From: Octopus vulgaris
Taxonomy: Eukaryota
Length of the DNA: 64,000 bases
NCBI GenBank assembly: GCA_951406725.2
Contig: OX597833.1
Location: 59,892,001 to 59,956,000, forward strand
Direction: 5' to 3'
Positions 22,271-35,333 of this stretch are shown one piece after another. The notes beneath the pieces were generated by a model that had not been told where the DNA came from, ran no database searches, and worked only from the letters and a program-made list of their open reading frames with translations. How positions within the stretch are numbered: the stretch's first letter is position 1; every line of letters begins with the position of its first letter. Both the position numbers and the translations under genes were made by a program.

Positions 22271-22348
22271 ATTATTATTGTATCCCAAGTTGTCAGCTTC
22301 AACATCACCTCTACAATAATCTACATAGGTTTGATTCAACTATTTTAA

Positions 22349-22522
22349 CAGTATTTTCTGGCATACAACTTGATGTAGTATGGTCTATCGTTCCAAATCC
22401 TGCTTCATTTCACGTGGAGTTCTCGGTCCTCCAAAGTTATCTTGGTGTATATAAGTCAACATGCCATTTTCAGCTGTAAAATTAGGTCTGAAAATTTTTG
22501 ACTTTTATGTCAGAGAATACAG
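22349..22522. mobile_element. Old Tc1/mariner (Tc2/pogo-like) MITE
   Basis: Imperfect TIR CAGTATTTTCTGGCATA vs reverse complement CTGTATTCTCTGACATA; TA at the right end. Confidence 0.45.
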
Positions 22523-22613
22523 TACCCTCTCCACTTCTCTACAGTTCCTCCACTGTCACGAGATAGATGCAATATGATATTTCTTCATGTAATTGTGAAA
22601 ATAGTTTGATCTT

Positions 22614-22649
<36 letters not shown>

Positions 22650-22886
22650 CTAAATGCTGTGTTTGGTGTCAAGAAAGGCAAGCACTAAGAGGAAACACTA
22701 ACAAGACATAGACACGTTCGACCTTTCAGGAGCATCCAAGCCAGTGTCTTAACGAAGGAAGCTGTTATTTAATTAGGATGAAATCCAGAATCCGAGGAAA
22801 CTGGCTTCATTTAATTAGGCTCATTAGAATAAAACAAGAAAAGATGACATTAATCTATTTTCAATACCACACACATATATATATAT

Positions 22887-23274
22887 TCTCTTTCTCTTTT
22901 ACTTGTTTCAGTCATTTGACTGCGGCCATGCTGGAGCACCGCCTTTAATCGAGCAACTCAACCCCGGGACTTATTCTTTATAAGCCCAGTACTTATTCTA
23001 TCGGTCTCTTTTTTGCCGAACCACTAAGTGACGGGGACGTAAACACACCAGCATCGGTTGTCAAGCGATGCTAGGGGGACAAACACACACATATATATAT
23101 ATATACATATATACGACAGGCTTCTTTCAGTTTCCGTCTACCAAATCCACTCACAAGGCATTGGTCGGCCCGGGGCTATAGCAGAAGACACTTGCCCAAG
23201 ATGCCACGCAGTGGGACTGAACCCGGAACCATGTGGTTGGTTAGCAAGCTACTTACCACACAGCCACTCCTGCG

Positions 23275-23277
<3 letters not shown>
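22887..23277 (-). mobile_element. Family A SINE, full length
   Basis: Reverse complement of family A. Confidence 0.9.
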
Positions 23278-23309
<32 letters not shown>

Positions 23310-23678
23310 CCTTAAAATTGTTTTAGCCCGAAGGCCGTGGCCATGCTGGGGCACCACCGCTATATATATATATTTTATATATATAAAATACATATGTCTC
23401 TCTCTCTGTCTGTCTGTTCCAGAGATGTACTTGCATAGTAAGTGACTTGATCTGAGATCATGTGCTGAAACAAAAACAATTGCAGTGTGGAATGTGTTTA
23501 TAAGACGTTTAAAACACACACAAAAAAAACCGTTAGATTCATGTCAACATCTAAATTTAATTTCTGTCAAAATATTTTCGTTGCTTTGAAACCATTACCT
23601 GTTCACTGACTAAACTCTGTGCTGCATCTCTAATTGCCCCATCGTTTAACGTCCGTTCTCCATGCTAGCATGGGTTGG

Positions 23679-23715
<37 letters not shown>

Positions 23716-23719
<4 letters not shown>

Positions 23720-24120
23720 TCTTTACTCTTTTACTTGTTTCAGTCATTTGACTGTGGCCATGCTGGAGCACCGCCTTTAGCCGAGCAAATTGCCCCCAAG
23801 ACTTGTTCTTTGTAAGCCTAGTACTTATTCTATCGGTCTCTTTTGCCGAACTGCTAAGTTACGGGGGCGTAAACACACCAGCATCGGTTGTCAAGTGATG
23901 TTGGGGGTGACAAACACAGACACACAAACATATACACACGCAGACATATATGTATATGCACATATATACGATGGGCTTCTTTTGGTTTCCGTCTACCAAA
24001 TCCACTCACAAGGCTCTGGTCGGCCTGAGACTATAGTAGAAGACTCTTGCCTAAGGTTCCGTGTAGTGGACTGAACCCGAAACCATGTGGTTAGGAAATG
24101 AACTTCTTGACCACACACCT
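23716..24120 (-). mobile_element. Family A SINE, full length
   Basis: Reverse complement of family A. Confidence 0.88.
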
Positions 24121-24206
24121 ACAACTATATATGATATATTAAGAAGTGTGTGTGTGTGTGTGTGTATAAATTTATATATATATATATATATATATATTAA
24201 TAAATT

Positions 24207-24243
<37 letters not shown>

Positions 24244-25084
24244 TAATATAGACAACCAGCACAATGTATTACCAAAAAGGAAAACTTTAATTGTTACTAA
24301 ATGTAGCTAAGGGCGTTTGAACACCTACATTGCTAGAAATAAGAGCTAAAATGCTCTACTTCTGTAACTAAAGCACATAACTGTGTACATATATACTGAC
24401 AGGGACTCTAATTGCCCCATATATATATATATATATATATATTATTTAGTACATTATGACTCAAAAGTTCCTCAGATCTTCTTGTTGTCAGCTCTCAATA
24501 GTTCTTACAATAATTCTCATGCGTTCCAACTCCAAATCTTACTACACTGTGCCCTTTAGTAATAAGGACAGTGTGGCCCGCCCATGCTGACAACAATGCC
24601 ACATGATACAGTTTATTACGTCGCTGCATCAAGTGTGTAACATATCATGAGTTTAATCTAAGTGTAGTAGTTAATCTCTATTGGATGTCGTTTGAGGTCA
24701 AGTATGGATATTCATCAAGTGGTCACTTGAGTTTAAGATCTGAACAAAGGAGAGACTGTTTCAGTAACATAGGAAATGTTTCAGAGAAACGACTATAAAA
24801 GTCTGAGATAATGTGTTGGGGGCAGTTTTAGTTGGAAAGGTCACCATGGATGGATGGCGGTCAAAAATAGATGTTGTCTCTCAGTGTTGCGGCAAGGAAA
24901 GATTGGTAAGGCCTGTTGTACTTGTTGGATAAAAGTTTGTTTATTGTTTCCCAAAAGTGATCCCTCACCTACCATTTCTAACCCCTAAAGTTCTGGTCTA
25001 TGGCCTCCATCTACTGCTTACATTGAATAAACTTCCAATTCTTGTTTGACATGTGCAAATGTTTTGGCTGTAATTACTGTAGAG

Positions 25085-25282
25085 CAGTGGCTCCCAAACT
25101 TTTTAGAGTCGCGACCCACTATTTATCACACCAGTTTATGATGACCCACTTACAAGTCTTGAACTATCTCGATAGACAGCAGTTAATCAAAGCTAATGCG
25201 TGATTTTATAACTTTTTGCGACCCACTAAGATTCCGTTCGTGACCCATCTGTGGGTCGCGACTCATAGTTTGGGAACCACTG
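25085..25282. mobile_element. hAT (Charlie-like) MITE
   Basis: 16-bp TIR CAGTGG(C/T)TCCCAAACT; perfect 8-bp TSD CTGTAGAG; repeated gcgacccac subterminal motifs. Confidence 0.92.
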
Positions 25283-25329
25283 CTGTAGAGACACGGTAAT
25301 GCAGAGATGGGCAACAAGCATAACAAAAT

Positions 25330-25504
25330 CCGTGGAATAAGCTGCCAGACGAGATGGTGAAGATGCCGACGACCGCTCGGTTCAAAGTCTCCCTTGACCA
25401 CAAGTGGCCTGAACTCTTTACATGAACACCACCCTGTACATAACTCCATGTCCCCCTACATGGCCTTGCTTTTTGCTTTTTGAGCCAAAAAATTAACTAA
25501 CTAA
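25330..25504 (+). mobile_element. CR1 LINE 3' fragment
   Basis: WNKLPDEMVKMPTTARFKVSLDHKWPELFT*, then 3' UTR and (TAAC)n. Confidence 0.9.
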
Positions 25505-27297
25505 CCTCAACTTCTCAGGATTTATCAAACTAGATTGACAACTTGGAATCGGGGCTATGGTCCCCACCCAACCAAGAGAAAAAATTGATGTGGTTATTTG
25601 AGTGTTATTGTTTGTGTATGTCTGGATAAGATTTGGAGAACGATTAAGCTGTAGCAATTTTGTGGTGTTGTTGTATATGTGCTTCGCTGTTACAGCCGTG
25701 TTCATTAGAACAGGCTGTAAACTGTGAGCGGCACCTCTAAGATGGGTGTCTAGGTAGATATTTAGATTTCATTGTGTACACCCTGTCTGTTATCACGGAG
25801 TCAGTTTTAATGCTTTCTTCTTTCCCAACTTGATGAGGTGAATCTATCCTACTTAATGACTCAAACTTTCACATGCACACTTCCTCTTAAACCAAAAACT
25901 CTCAGATACTATCTCTGTAGTGATTAAATTTCTTTCCTTGCTCTTATATTGGCATCTCCCTTCCTCCCTTCCACCTCCCTCTCTCCCTCCCCCCTCTGTC
26001 TTGTTCCCTCTCTCTCTCTCTCTACCTCTCTCCCTCACATTTGTTCATCAGTCTCTCTCTTACTCTCAAGTAATTATACTTTTCCATTACAATATTTTCA
26101 AACCTACTGTTATAAAACTTTCAGACCAATAATATCCCCACCCCATAAATTACTAAAAGAGAGAAAGAGAGAGAGAGAGAGAGAGACCAGCTCTTACCTT
26201 TGGATGGTCAGCTGATATGTCTGTTTCCTTTAGGTCATGTCGACATGAAATATAAACACGCGAAGGTTGATCTCCCTGGGCCTATATCCAATGGTGTATC
26301 TTTTTCTGATATCTTATATAGACAGTACACACCTTCATTCTGTCTAACTTTGGCATCATATACCCCCCCCCCAACATGTAGAGCCCATCATTACCTAAAA
26401 TAGCATCATCATCATTAAAATTGTTTAATCTTCAGTTTTACATTGTTGATATGGGTTGGATAGGTTTGTGTTGTAATGGAAATTGTACACCCTTCCCACA
26501 GGACAAGTGGCATGAGTCAGCCACTATAAAGTGAAACGACATCAACCAATACAGAAAGTTGTGCGTCAGTCGTTGTAGATTTATTGTACAAGTTCTCAGT
26601 TGGAGTCAAGTGTCAGTTACGTGTTATAGTCGAGTTCGAGTCACAGTCAAGGTAGAGGGTTCAAATTTTGTGTCTTGCAGAGCTACCAGCAATAGCATGA
26701 TAGCCGAAGCGGTGTATTACCATCCTGCTATAGAAGAGATACACTGTATCCGATACCAAGAAAATATCATGGCTACTAGAGTAGATCCAATAGATTATAA
26801 TTGTGGAAAACACCACACCATAACAGTTTGTAATAGGAACACATCATGAAATCCTGTTTCTATGTCATCCTCTGATAACTTTGTCCTACCATAACCTCTT
26901 TTGTCCTAGCAATCTCTCTTGTTCTCCCAGGGTATCCCATATCTTTGTACTGTATATCATATTCTATCCTGTTCTACTGCAGTTTGCCATAGTCTACTTC
27001 TACAATTTAGAGCAACCCTTCTCTATAAATTATTATCTTGACATATATTGCAGAATATGACAATGTGATGTAATACTAAACCTTCAGTAAACTATCTGAA
27101 CTTGTTTATAATTCTTTGTTGGTACTATTTCGCTTATTGGTAATACCTTTGTAAAAGATATGATCCTCACAACCCTTCAATGCTTCCTACCCAAAAAGCT
27201 GTTTGGTGGTTACTCACAAATAGCTTTTTTGTTTGAATGAGTAGATCTGATGTTTTACTAAAACAGGATTTGAACCTGCAAATTCAAATCCTACCAA

Positions 27298-27519
27298 CCC
27301 TTTTGATACCAACCTGGCTGAAACCGCCTCTGGCTCTGTAGTGCAAATGTCTTGTTTCCAAAAGTTCTGAATTAAAATCTTCCACTTAACCTTAGTCATA
27401 ATTTATGTTCCTAACACTAGCTTAATGATAACTAAGTTATTTTACTAAATTGTTTGTTATATTTAAAATTAATTGAAAGAAACACAGAGCATCTCAACAG
27501 AAATATAGTAACAAGCGGG
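27298..27519. mobile_element. piggyBac-type MITE, copy 3
   Basis: Similar to 3410-3623; ends GGG-TTAA. Confidence 0.8.
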
Positions 27520-27676
27520 TTAATTTCATTTTGCTTCTTAAACACAAACATGTCATAAATGTGTGTGATGTAATTTTTTTAATCTCAGAGTTTTCTGTTT
27601 TAATGGTTCTTTGGGCTATCTTAACCCCTTATGTACACAGAAGATACTAATAATTAGTTTATATGCTGTATAGTTT

Positions 27677-28067
27677 CATCTTTCACTTGTTTCAGCCATT
27701 AGACTGTGGCCAAGCTAGAGCAATGCCTTGAAGAAATTTTAGTCGAATGAATTGGCCCTCTACTTATTCTAAACCTGGTACTTACTCTATCAGTGTCTTT
27801 TGCAGAACCACCAAGTTACAGGGATGTAAACACACCAACACCTGTTGTTAAGAAGTGGTGAGGGACAAACACACACATAAAGGCACACACACACATACAT
27901 ATACGATGGGCTTCTTTCAGTTTCCATCTACCAAATCCACTTGCAAGGCTTTGGTTGGCCCAAGGCTAAAGTAGAAAACACTTATCCAAGATACTAGACA
28001 GTGGGTCTGAACTCGGGACCATGTGGTCAAGAAGCAAACTTCTTACCACACGACCACACCTGTACCT
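27677..28067 (-). mobile_element. Older family A SINE
   Basis: Diverged reverse complement of family A. Confidence 0.8.
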
Positions 28068-28182
28068 CCACATGGCTAACACTAACTTTCACATCTGTAT
28101 CACTGAATAATCTGTTCAAGGTATTGAACAAATAAGCACAGGTCTCCCATCAGTCTTTTAAGGGAGTCTGTAGTCAGTTATG

Positions 28183-28425
28183 TGAAGGTGCATGGCCTAG
28201 TGGTTAGTGTTATACTCAAGATTGCAAGATCAGGGTTTCAATTCCCAGACCAGCGATGTATTATGTTCTTGTGACCCTGCAACAGACTAGCCTCCTATTC
28301 AGTGGGTATGTTGGCTTGCCCACCTAGCCAGCCAGGGTAGCATCATTTGATGGCTACAACAATGCAAGAGAATGCATTGTAACTAGCGGTGTATAACAGC
28401 TGATAATCTGGTTGATACAGTGATA
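28183..28425 (+). mobile_element. Old tRNA-headed SINE
   Basis: A box tggcctagtgg, B box ggtttcaattcc; tail resembles 17305-17397. Confidence 0.6.
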
Positions 28426-29397
28426 GTCAATTATATTGACCCTAGTACTTGACTACTATTTTATATATTTGAATTCAGAACATAACTAAATGCAGCAAGG
28501 CATCCCTATTGTGTTCTAAATCTTAACTGAAAGAGATATTTGGCTTTTAACTACATTAAGGTTGATGAGATAAAATTGGATTGAAATGATGGTTGTTCAG
28601 TTGTATTATGACAATAATATTTTGCGAGTGCAAGGCTGGAAGTATATTTTCTTACAAAATTAATTTTTACGCTCTGTAGGATTTGTTATCTAACTTTCTA
28701 GATGTCGTCTTTAGTTTATCAGACAGGTCTTCTTTGACTTTGCCCTTGTTCCAGAACCTAACTTCACCAAACTGACATTTTCTCACAATACTTTTTATAT
28801 GACATCAGACTATCTTAAAAAAGGAAGGACGTGCACGATAATGTATTCTTAAATACATTATATCTTCAATATAAGCAGTGTTTGTAACTGGAATGTCCTT
28901 AATCACAGGTCTGCTGGTTCGAGACTGACTTGGTGCTACAAGACTACCTACACCACCACAATATCAATACCAAAAACAATCCCAGCTACAACACAACAGC
29001 ATACTCGTAGCAATGCAATAGTTTTTTTTTTCTTGTATTGCATTTAGCAATGTCTTAAATGTCCAGCTATGTCCTCTCTTCGGTTCACATAATATTTATA
29101 ACTGGTTCACATTGCACCTAATGGAAATAGCAGCCAAATCTTCCTCAAATCACATTTTATCATTTTTAAAGTAAAAAAAAAGATACATTTGGACAATGTT
29201 GTATGCAAAAAGACTGGATCTGTTTTTTATCTTTTATTTGTTTCTGTCTTTGGACTGTGGCCATGCTGGGGTACCACTTTGGAAGGTTTACTTGAACAAA
29301 TCAAACCCAGTATTCTTTTTAAAGCCTTACCCACCCCCAACACTCCACCCCGAGGTGTCACCAAAACACTCAGATGATTTAAAGGGTTTATTTAAAC

Positions 29398-30061
29398 CAG
29401 TGGCCCTCAACTGGGGTCTACATGGTCCTTAGGGGTCCATATAAGATTTAGTTGTTGAAATTTGTTCAAATAATTGGTTATACTTGTACAGTACACAAAA
29501 TATTTAAACAATTCTTTTATAGAATTCCTAGTGAATATTTAATTATAAAAATATAGTGGGACTTATTTAAATATTGAATGCTTATTAGGGTCCAGTAGAG
29601 TAAAGTAGGAATCATAGGTACAGGAGTGGCTGTGTGGTAAGTAGCTTGCTTACCAACCACATGGTTCCGGGTTCAGTCCCACTGCATGGTACCTTGGGCA
29701 AGTGTCTTCTACTATAGTCTCGGGCTGACCAAAGCCTTGTGAGAGGATTTGGTAGACGGAAACTGAAAGAAGCCCGTCGTATATATGTATATATATATAT
29801 ATGTGCACGTGTGTTTGTGTATCTGTGTTTGTCCCCCTGGCATTGCTTGACAACTGATGCTGGTATGTTTATGTCCCCGTCATTTAGCGGTTTGGCAAAA
29901 GAGACCAATAGAATAAGTACTGGGCTTACAAAGAATAAGTCCCGGGGTCGAGTTGCTCGATTAAAGGTGGTGCTCCAGCATGGCCGCAGTCAAATGACTG
30001 AAACAAGTAAAAGAGTAAAGAGTATAGGGATCCATAGGCAAAAAATTGTTGAGGACCACTG
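29398..30061. mobile_element. hAT MITE with a nested family A SINE (29616-30022, plus strand)
   Basis: TIR CAGTGG(C/T)CCTCAAC; TSD ATTTAAAC/GTTTAAAC. Confidence 0.85.
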
Positions 30062-30270
30062 GTTTAAACAATGTTCCTTACTGCTGCCACTGGTCTAGAA
30101 GTTTATGAGTTAACCCTGTCATGTTGTATTCCCAGTATTGTGAGAATAGCTTAAACATCATCTCTGCTGGAATCCCAGTAAAGCAGAAATGAACAACATG
30201 CATAGAAAAAGAAGATGCAGCTGGTTCTGTCAATTAGTTTGCCTGGAATCGTTACCCTTGAGCTGTATAT

Positions 30271-30369
30271 GCAGGGGTTCACCAAGGATCAGTCCTCAAC
30301 CCCCTCTTATTCATTATAGTCCTCCAGGCAGTAACAGAGGAATTCAAGACAGCTTACCCCTGGGAGCTC
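30271..30369 (+). mobile_element. RTE LINE reverse transcriptase fragment
   Basis: AGVHQGSVLNPLLFIIVLQAVTEEFKTAYPWEL (QG.LSP.LF motif just upstream of YADD). Confidence 0.9.
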
Positions 30370-30665
30370 CACATTTAATTTGTCTTATACCTAACTTTTC
30401 TCTCAATACAGTTGCACTTTGTCAGTCATGCACACTGATGTTGCACATCCTGCAAACCATATTACCTTCATTCCTCTCTGGTTTACACATGTCCTCTGCA
30501 TTCAGAGCCCATGTCTCACTACTATGGAGTATAGCCGTTCTCACACAAGCATCATACAATCTACCTTTCACTCTGAGAGAGAGAGAGTCGTTTTGTTTCC
30601 AACAGAGTTAGTAATTCTCTGAACTTTCTCCATCCTATTCTTATTCTAGAAACAGTATTTTCTGA
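30370..30665 (-). mobile_element. RTE LINE downstream ORF fragment, opposite orientation
   Basis: RIRIGWRKFRELLTLL..LRVKGRLYDACVRTAILHSSETWALNAEDM..LREKLGIR. Confidence 0.9.
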
Positions 30666-31083
30666 GCCCAGTTAGAGGGTAAAGTTAGACACAGGGTTCC
30701 AGTGCTGAGAGGGTTGTGGGTGGGTCTTGCTCAATGAGAAAGTGTCTCTGAAAGAGAGTCGTTTTGTTTCCAACAGAGTTAGTAATTCTCTGAACTTTCT
30801 CCATCCTATTCTTATTCTAGAAACAGTATTTTCTGAGCCCAGTTAGAGGGTAAAGTTAGACACAGGGGCCCAGTGCTGAGAGGGTTGTGGGTCTTGCTCA
30901 ATGAGAAAGTGTCTCTGAAAGAGAGTCCTTTTGTTTCCAACAGAGTTAGTAATTCTCTGAACTTTCTCCATCCTATTCTTATTCTAGAAACAATATTTTC
31001 TGAGCCCAGGTAGAGGGTAAAGTTAGACACAGGGGTCCTAGTGCTGAGAGGGTTGTGGGTCTTGCTCAATGAGAAAGTGTCTC
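30571..31083. repeat. Three tandem copies of an approximately 167-bp unit, partly RTE-derived
   Basis: gagagtc(g/c)ttttgtttccaacagag at 30583, 30754 and 30921. Confidence 0.95.
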
Positions 31084-31569
31084 CTCGCTGCATACATGCT
31101 ACTTCTTTGCAGCCTAAAAGCATTGTCCAGCCTTGATGCAGCTGTCAGGTTTTTGATATAGGAGGCAGTGTTTTGGGGGTTAGGTACCCATGTATCTACC
31201 CATCCACCTGCTCACCAACCAACCTACCTACCCATACATCTAATAACCAACTTACCCACTGTATAACTGTACTACCTGTTTTGTCCAACACCACCATCAC
31301 TATTGACAACCGACATAGTGTTGTATACCGACACCAGTTCTATTGCTAATAGAGCTTACCTTGCACATGCACAAATGTGCACACACACACACACATATAT
31401 GCATGTGTGCACACATGTATATGCACGTATGCATCTATACACACAAATGCACCCCCCAGAAACACGAATGCACAACTACACACGTGCATGTGTGTGTGTG
31501 TGTGTGTGTGGCATGTGTCTTTGTGTGTGGTAAAATTGTGTTGTTGTGTGTGTGTGAGCATCTTGTAGC

Positions 31570-31690
31570 AGCTGGAAGTGATGCAGAGAGGCAAGTCACA
31601 TGGCACGGGAGGGAGGAGGAGGCGGGCGGGCGGAGAAGGAGAGGAGAGGGGGGGTTTCTGCAGCTATATGCCCATATATGGTTGTGTTGA
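31570..31690. promoter_or_regulatory. Candidate promoter or enhancer with ETS, E-box, GC boxes and CArG
   Basis: GGAAGT, CACATG, GGCGGGCGGGCGG and perfect CCATATATGG (31672-31681) in non-repeat DNA; motif evidence only. Confidence 0.35.
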
Positions 31691-31773
31691 TTGAACGATA
31701 GACAATAACGGAGTGATAGAGTGGCATAGTGGTGCTGGTCGATGATTACTTTGAAACCTGGCTCTGCACGCGT

Positions 31774-31809
<36 letters not shown>

Positions 31810-32129
31810 ACACACACACACTCTCTCTCTCACACACTCTTTTTCTCTCTTTCAACACCCCCCTCTCCATCATATGCACAGTCATGCATACACATGAGCA
31901 CATGCACAGCCACACCTATTAAAAATATAACATGCATACTATACATGTGTCTGTGCTGTGTTTTGCATAAATAAATAGTACATTTTTTACACACACACAG
32001 ACACACACTGATGATAATTTCAGCTGTTTGTTGTGTGTATATTATATACACATTCGTGTGGGGAGTACTTTTTTTGCTTCTTGCTTGTAAATTAAAACCT
32101 CTATTTGTGTATATGTGTCTCTGTATGTA

Positions 32130-32469
32130 TATATATATATATAAATATATTAGAAGAAATGAGGTACTCAGAACAAATCGGATGGTTTTATATTTACAGA
32201 TATTTATTTGTATATTACATTTTTTATATATATCATATAACTTAGGTCATGTATTAGCGCTTTATCCCTTTCTAGTGGGGTTTTCAAATCAAACTAAGTA
32301 TATATATATATAAATATATTAGAAGAAAGTGGTACTCAGAAAATCGGATGGTTTATATTTACAGATATCTATTTGTATATTATATTTTATATATATATAT
32401 CATATAACTTAGATCATGTGTTAGTGCTTTATCCCATTCTAGTGGGGGTTTTTTCAAATCAAACTAAGT
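32130..32469. repeat. Two tandem diverged copies of an approximately 170-bp AT-rich unit
   Basis: tagaagaaa..ggtactcagaa..aatcggatgg...caaatcaaactaagt occurs twice. Confidence 0.9.
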
Positions 32470-32573
32470 TCCTGTGTGGGGAGTTTTGACCATTTTTATA
32501 GTGGTATATACATATAACGTACTTGTTTACTTGTCTGACTTTGCTCCATGTGTGTGTGTGTGTGTGTGCTTGT

Positions 32574-32614
<41 letters not shown>

Positions 32615-32916
32615 GAAGTCAATGTTCTGTGATGTAAAAAGGATGTTGTAGAGGTGAGGCGAGAGAGGGATGAGATGAAATAAGACAGACTGAAGGTAGA
32701 AACTTAAAGGAAGTCGCTGTACAGCTGGTGGTGGTGGTGATGGTGGCGGCAGCGATGATGGTGATGGTGATGCTGGTGATGGTGATGCTGGCGATGGTGT
32801 AAAGGGGATGTTGTTTATGTAATTGCTGTAGCTTCTACAACAAAGAATCTTAACTCTACACATTGAGCGGAAGGTGGGGGGGGAGCGAGTGACACACAAA
32901 GAAACCTCCACTTCTT

Positions 32917-32950
<34 letters not shown>

Positions 32951-33297
32951 TCTCTGTCTCTCTCTCTCTCTCTGTCTCTCTCTCTATATCTATCTATCTA
33001 TCTATCTGTTTGTGTGCGTGTGTGCCTGACTGTAAAGTACATGCATGCACTCCCTCCCTCTTTCCCTTCCTCCCTCTGCTCTTCTCTTCCTCCTCCTGCT
33101 CATCTACAGCATCATGTGCAGCAGTAGGAGTAGTAGTAGTAGTAGTAGCAGTAGTAGTAGTAGTGTTGTTGTCACATAAACACGACTCTCTCAGATTCCT
33201 TATACCCTCAGCTGCCCCGTCTACATCCTTTACTTTGCCCACTCCCTGCCATACATCTTCTGTCAGCCTCCTCCCTCACTCCCATCCTTTGTGTGTT

Positions 33298-33329
<32 letters not shown>

Positions 33330-34042
33330 TATACACATATATATATATATGTATATCATCTTCAATTCAGCCTCCTCCTCCTTCTGTCTCTCTCTTGTTT
33401 TCCTACCACCATCACCACCACCACCACCATCAACAACAGTAACAATAGCAACAACAACATCATTTCAGTAAGTCGAAGTAACTCAGTTGCACAGTTGCTG
33501 CACCTACAATAATGCATTGTTTGCTGCACCCGTCTTGCTCTCAACAGATTCTGTCAATCAAGAGTGGATCTCTCAAGCCGTGGCCCCAAACGCTCCGTCT
33601 CCCTAGTAATCTTCATTTCTTATACTTATTTGTTTATTCCTAGAGCTGTTGTTGTTGTCATTGTTGTTGCTGTTATTGTTGTTGACATTGTGAGGGAAGA
33701 TGTTCTGTGGTTTACTCCACTCTTGCAGCGCTCGTTTTTTTTTTTTCGATATATATATATATCTGAGTTGTTTTATACATTAATATGCACTTGTACATGT
33801 ATAGACACGTCCGTGCAGCATGAGTACTGTACTGCATGTATACATGTCTACAAATACATTGCACACATGAATTCATATATATTTATATATTTCTAACTAC
33901 TTTGCACATATATATAATACATACATATATATGTATATGCACAGATGTATACATACATACATGCATAAATATGTTGTCGTACAAACACATATAGATGTGT
34001 ACGTACATACAGGCATCGACACATGCATATGTGTGGTGTGTG

Positions 34043-34080
<38 letters not shown>

Positions 34081-34233
34081 AATATACATACATGTATTTT
34101 CATACATAGATGCATTCAGACATATATGCGTACATGCAGTCGACATATATATATATATATATATATATATACATGCATATATATATAGTTACTTGCATAT
34201 GTGTGGTGTATATATATATATATATATATATGC

Positions 34234-34345
34234 TGTAGAAACACTGCCAGATCAGACTGGAGCCTGGTGCAGCCTCCTGGCTTCCCAGACCCCAGTTGAA
34301 CCGTCCAACCCATGCTAGCATGGAGAGCGGATGTTAAACGATGAC
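34234..34345 (+). mobile_element. 5'-truncated family D copy in (TA)n
   Basis: gtagaaacactgccagatc...ggatgttaaac(GAT)n. Confidence 0.85.
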
Positions 34346-34359
34346 GATGATGATGATGA

Positions 34360-34416
<57 letters not shown>

Positions 34417-34663
34417 CACATACACACACACACAAATATACATACATGTATTTTCATACATAGATGCATTCAGACATATATGCGTACATGCAGTCGACAT
34501 ACACAGTTACATAACCTGCTCTGGATCTTCTGTCTGTCTGTCTGGCCGCCTGTCAGTCTGTCTGTCTGTTTTGTAGCAGTGGACATTTTTGAAATATGTC
34601 CAATTGTAGTATTTGAATTGGACACACACACACACACACATACACATGCTCACACCTGTACAT

Positions 34664-34696
<33 letters not shown>

Positions 34697-34982
34697 ATGT
34701 ATGTGTGTATTCCAAATCCCAAATCCATTGTCTGTCAGCCTGGCTGTCTGTCTGTCTACCTCGTGACTTTTAGCATTTTATAATAATAGGATTGCGAGTG
34801 GTGGACAGAAAGAATGCCCTGCAGTGTTTAAGTTTCACACATGTGTATATATACAAACACACACATACACACATTATATATATTCATATATATACACACC
34901 AACATATGTATACATACATATATACACAGTGTTTATACTCAGTTCCACACTCCATTGTTTGTCGATAACATTTGTTATCACT

Positions 34983-35183
34983 TACTCTTTTACTAGTTTC
35001 AGTCATTTGACTGCGGCCATGCTGGAGCACCGCCTTTAGTCGAGTAAATCGACCCCAGGACTTATTCTTTGTAAGCCCAGTACTTATTCTATCGGTCTCT
35101 TTTGCCGAACCGCTAAGTGACGGGGACGTAAACACACCAGCATCGGTTGTCAAGCAATGCTAGAGGGACAAACACACACACAA

Positions 35184-35238
<55 letters not shown>

Positions 35239-35333
35239 TACGACAGGCTTCTTTCAGTTTCCGTCTACCAAATCCACTCACAAGGCATTGGTCGGCCCGA
35301 GGCTATAGCAGAAGACACTTGCCCAAGATGCCG
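34983..35333 (-). mobile_element. Family A SINE, 5'-truncated
   Basis: Reverse complement of family A lacking the head. Confidence 0.88.

Noticed and set aside
23545-23615. Hammerhead-like GAAA plus palindromic AATATT on the minus strand
   Set aside because: No CUGANGA box and stem II does not pair in this copy
26470-26847. Solo LTR or TATA promoter (TGAGTCA, TATAAA, TG...CA)
   Set aside because: No TSD, no second copy, and TATA-to-initiator spacing is off
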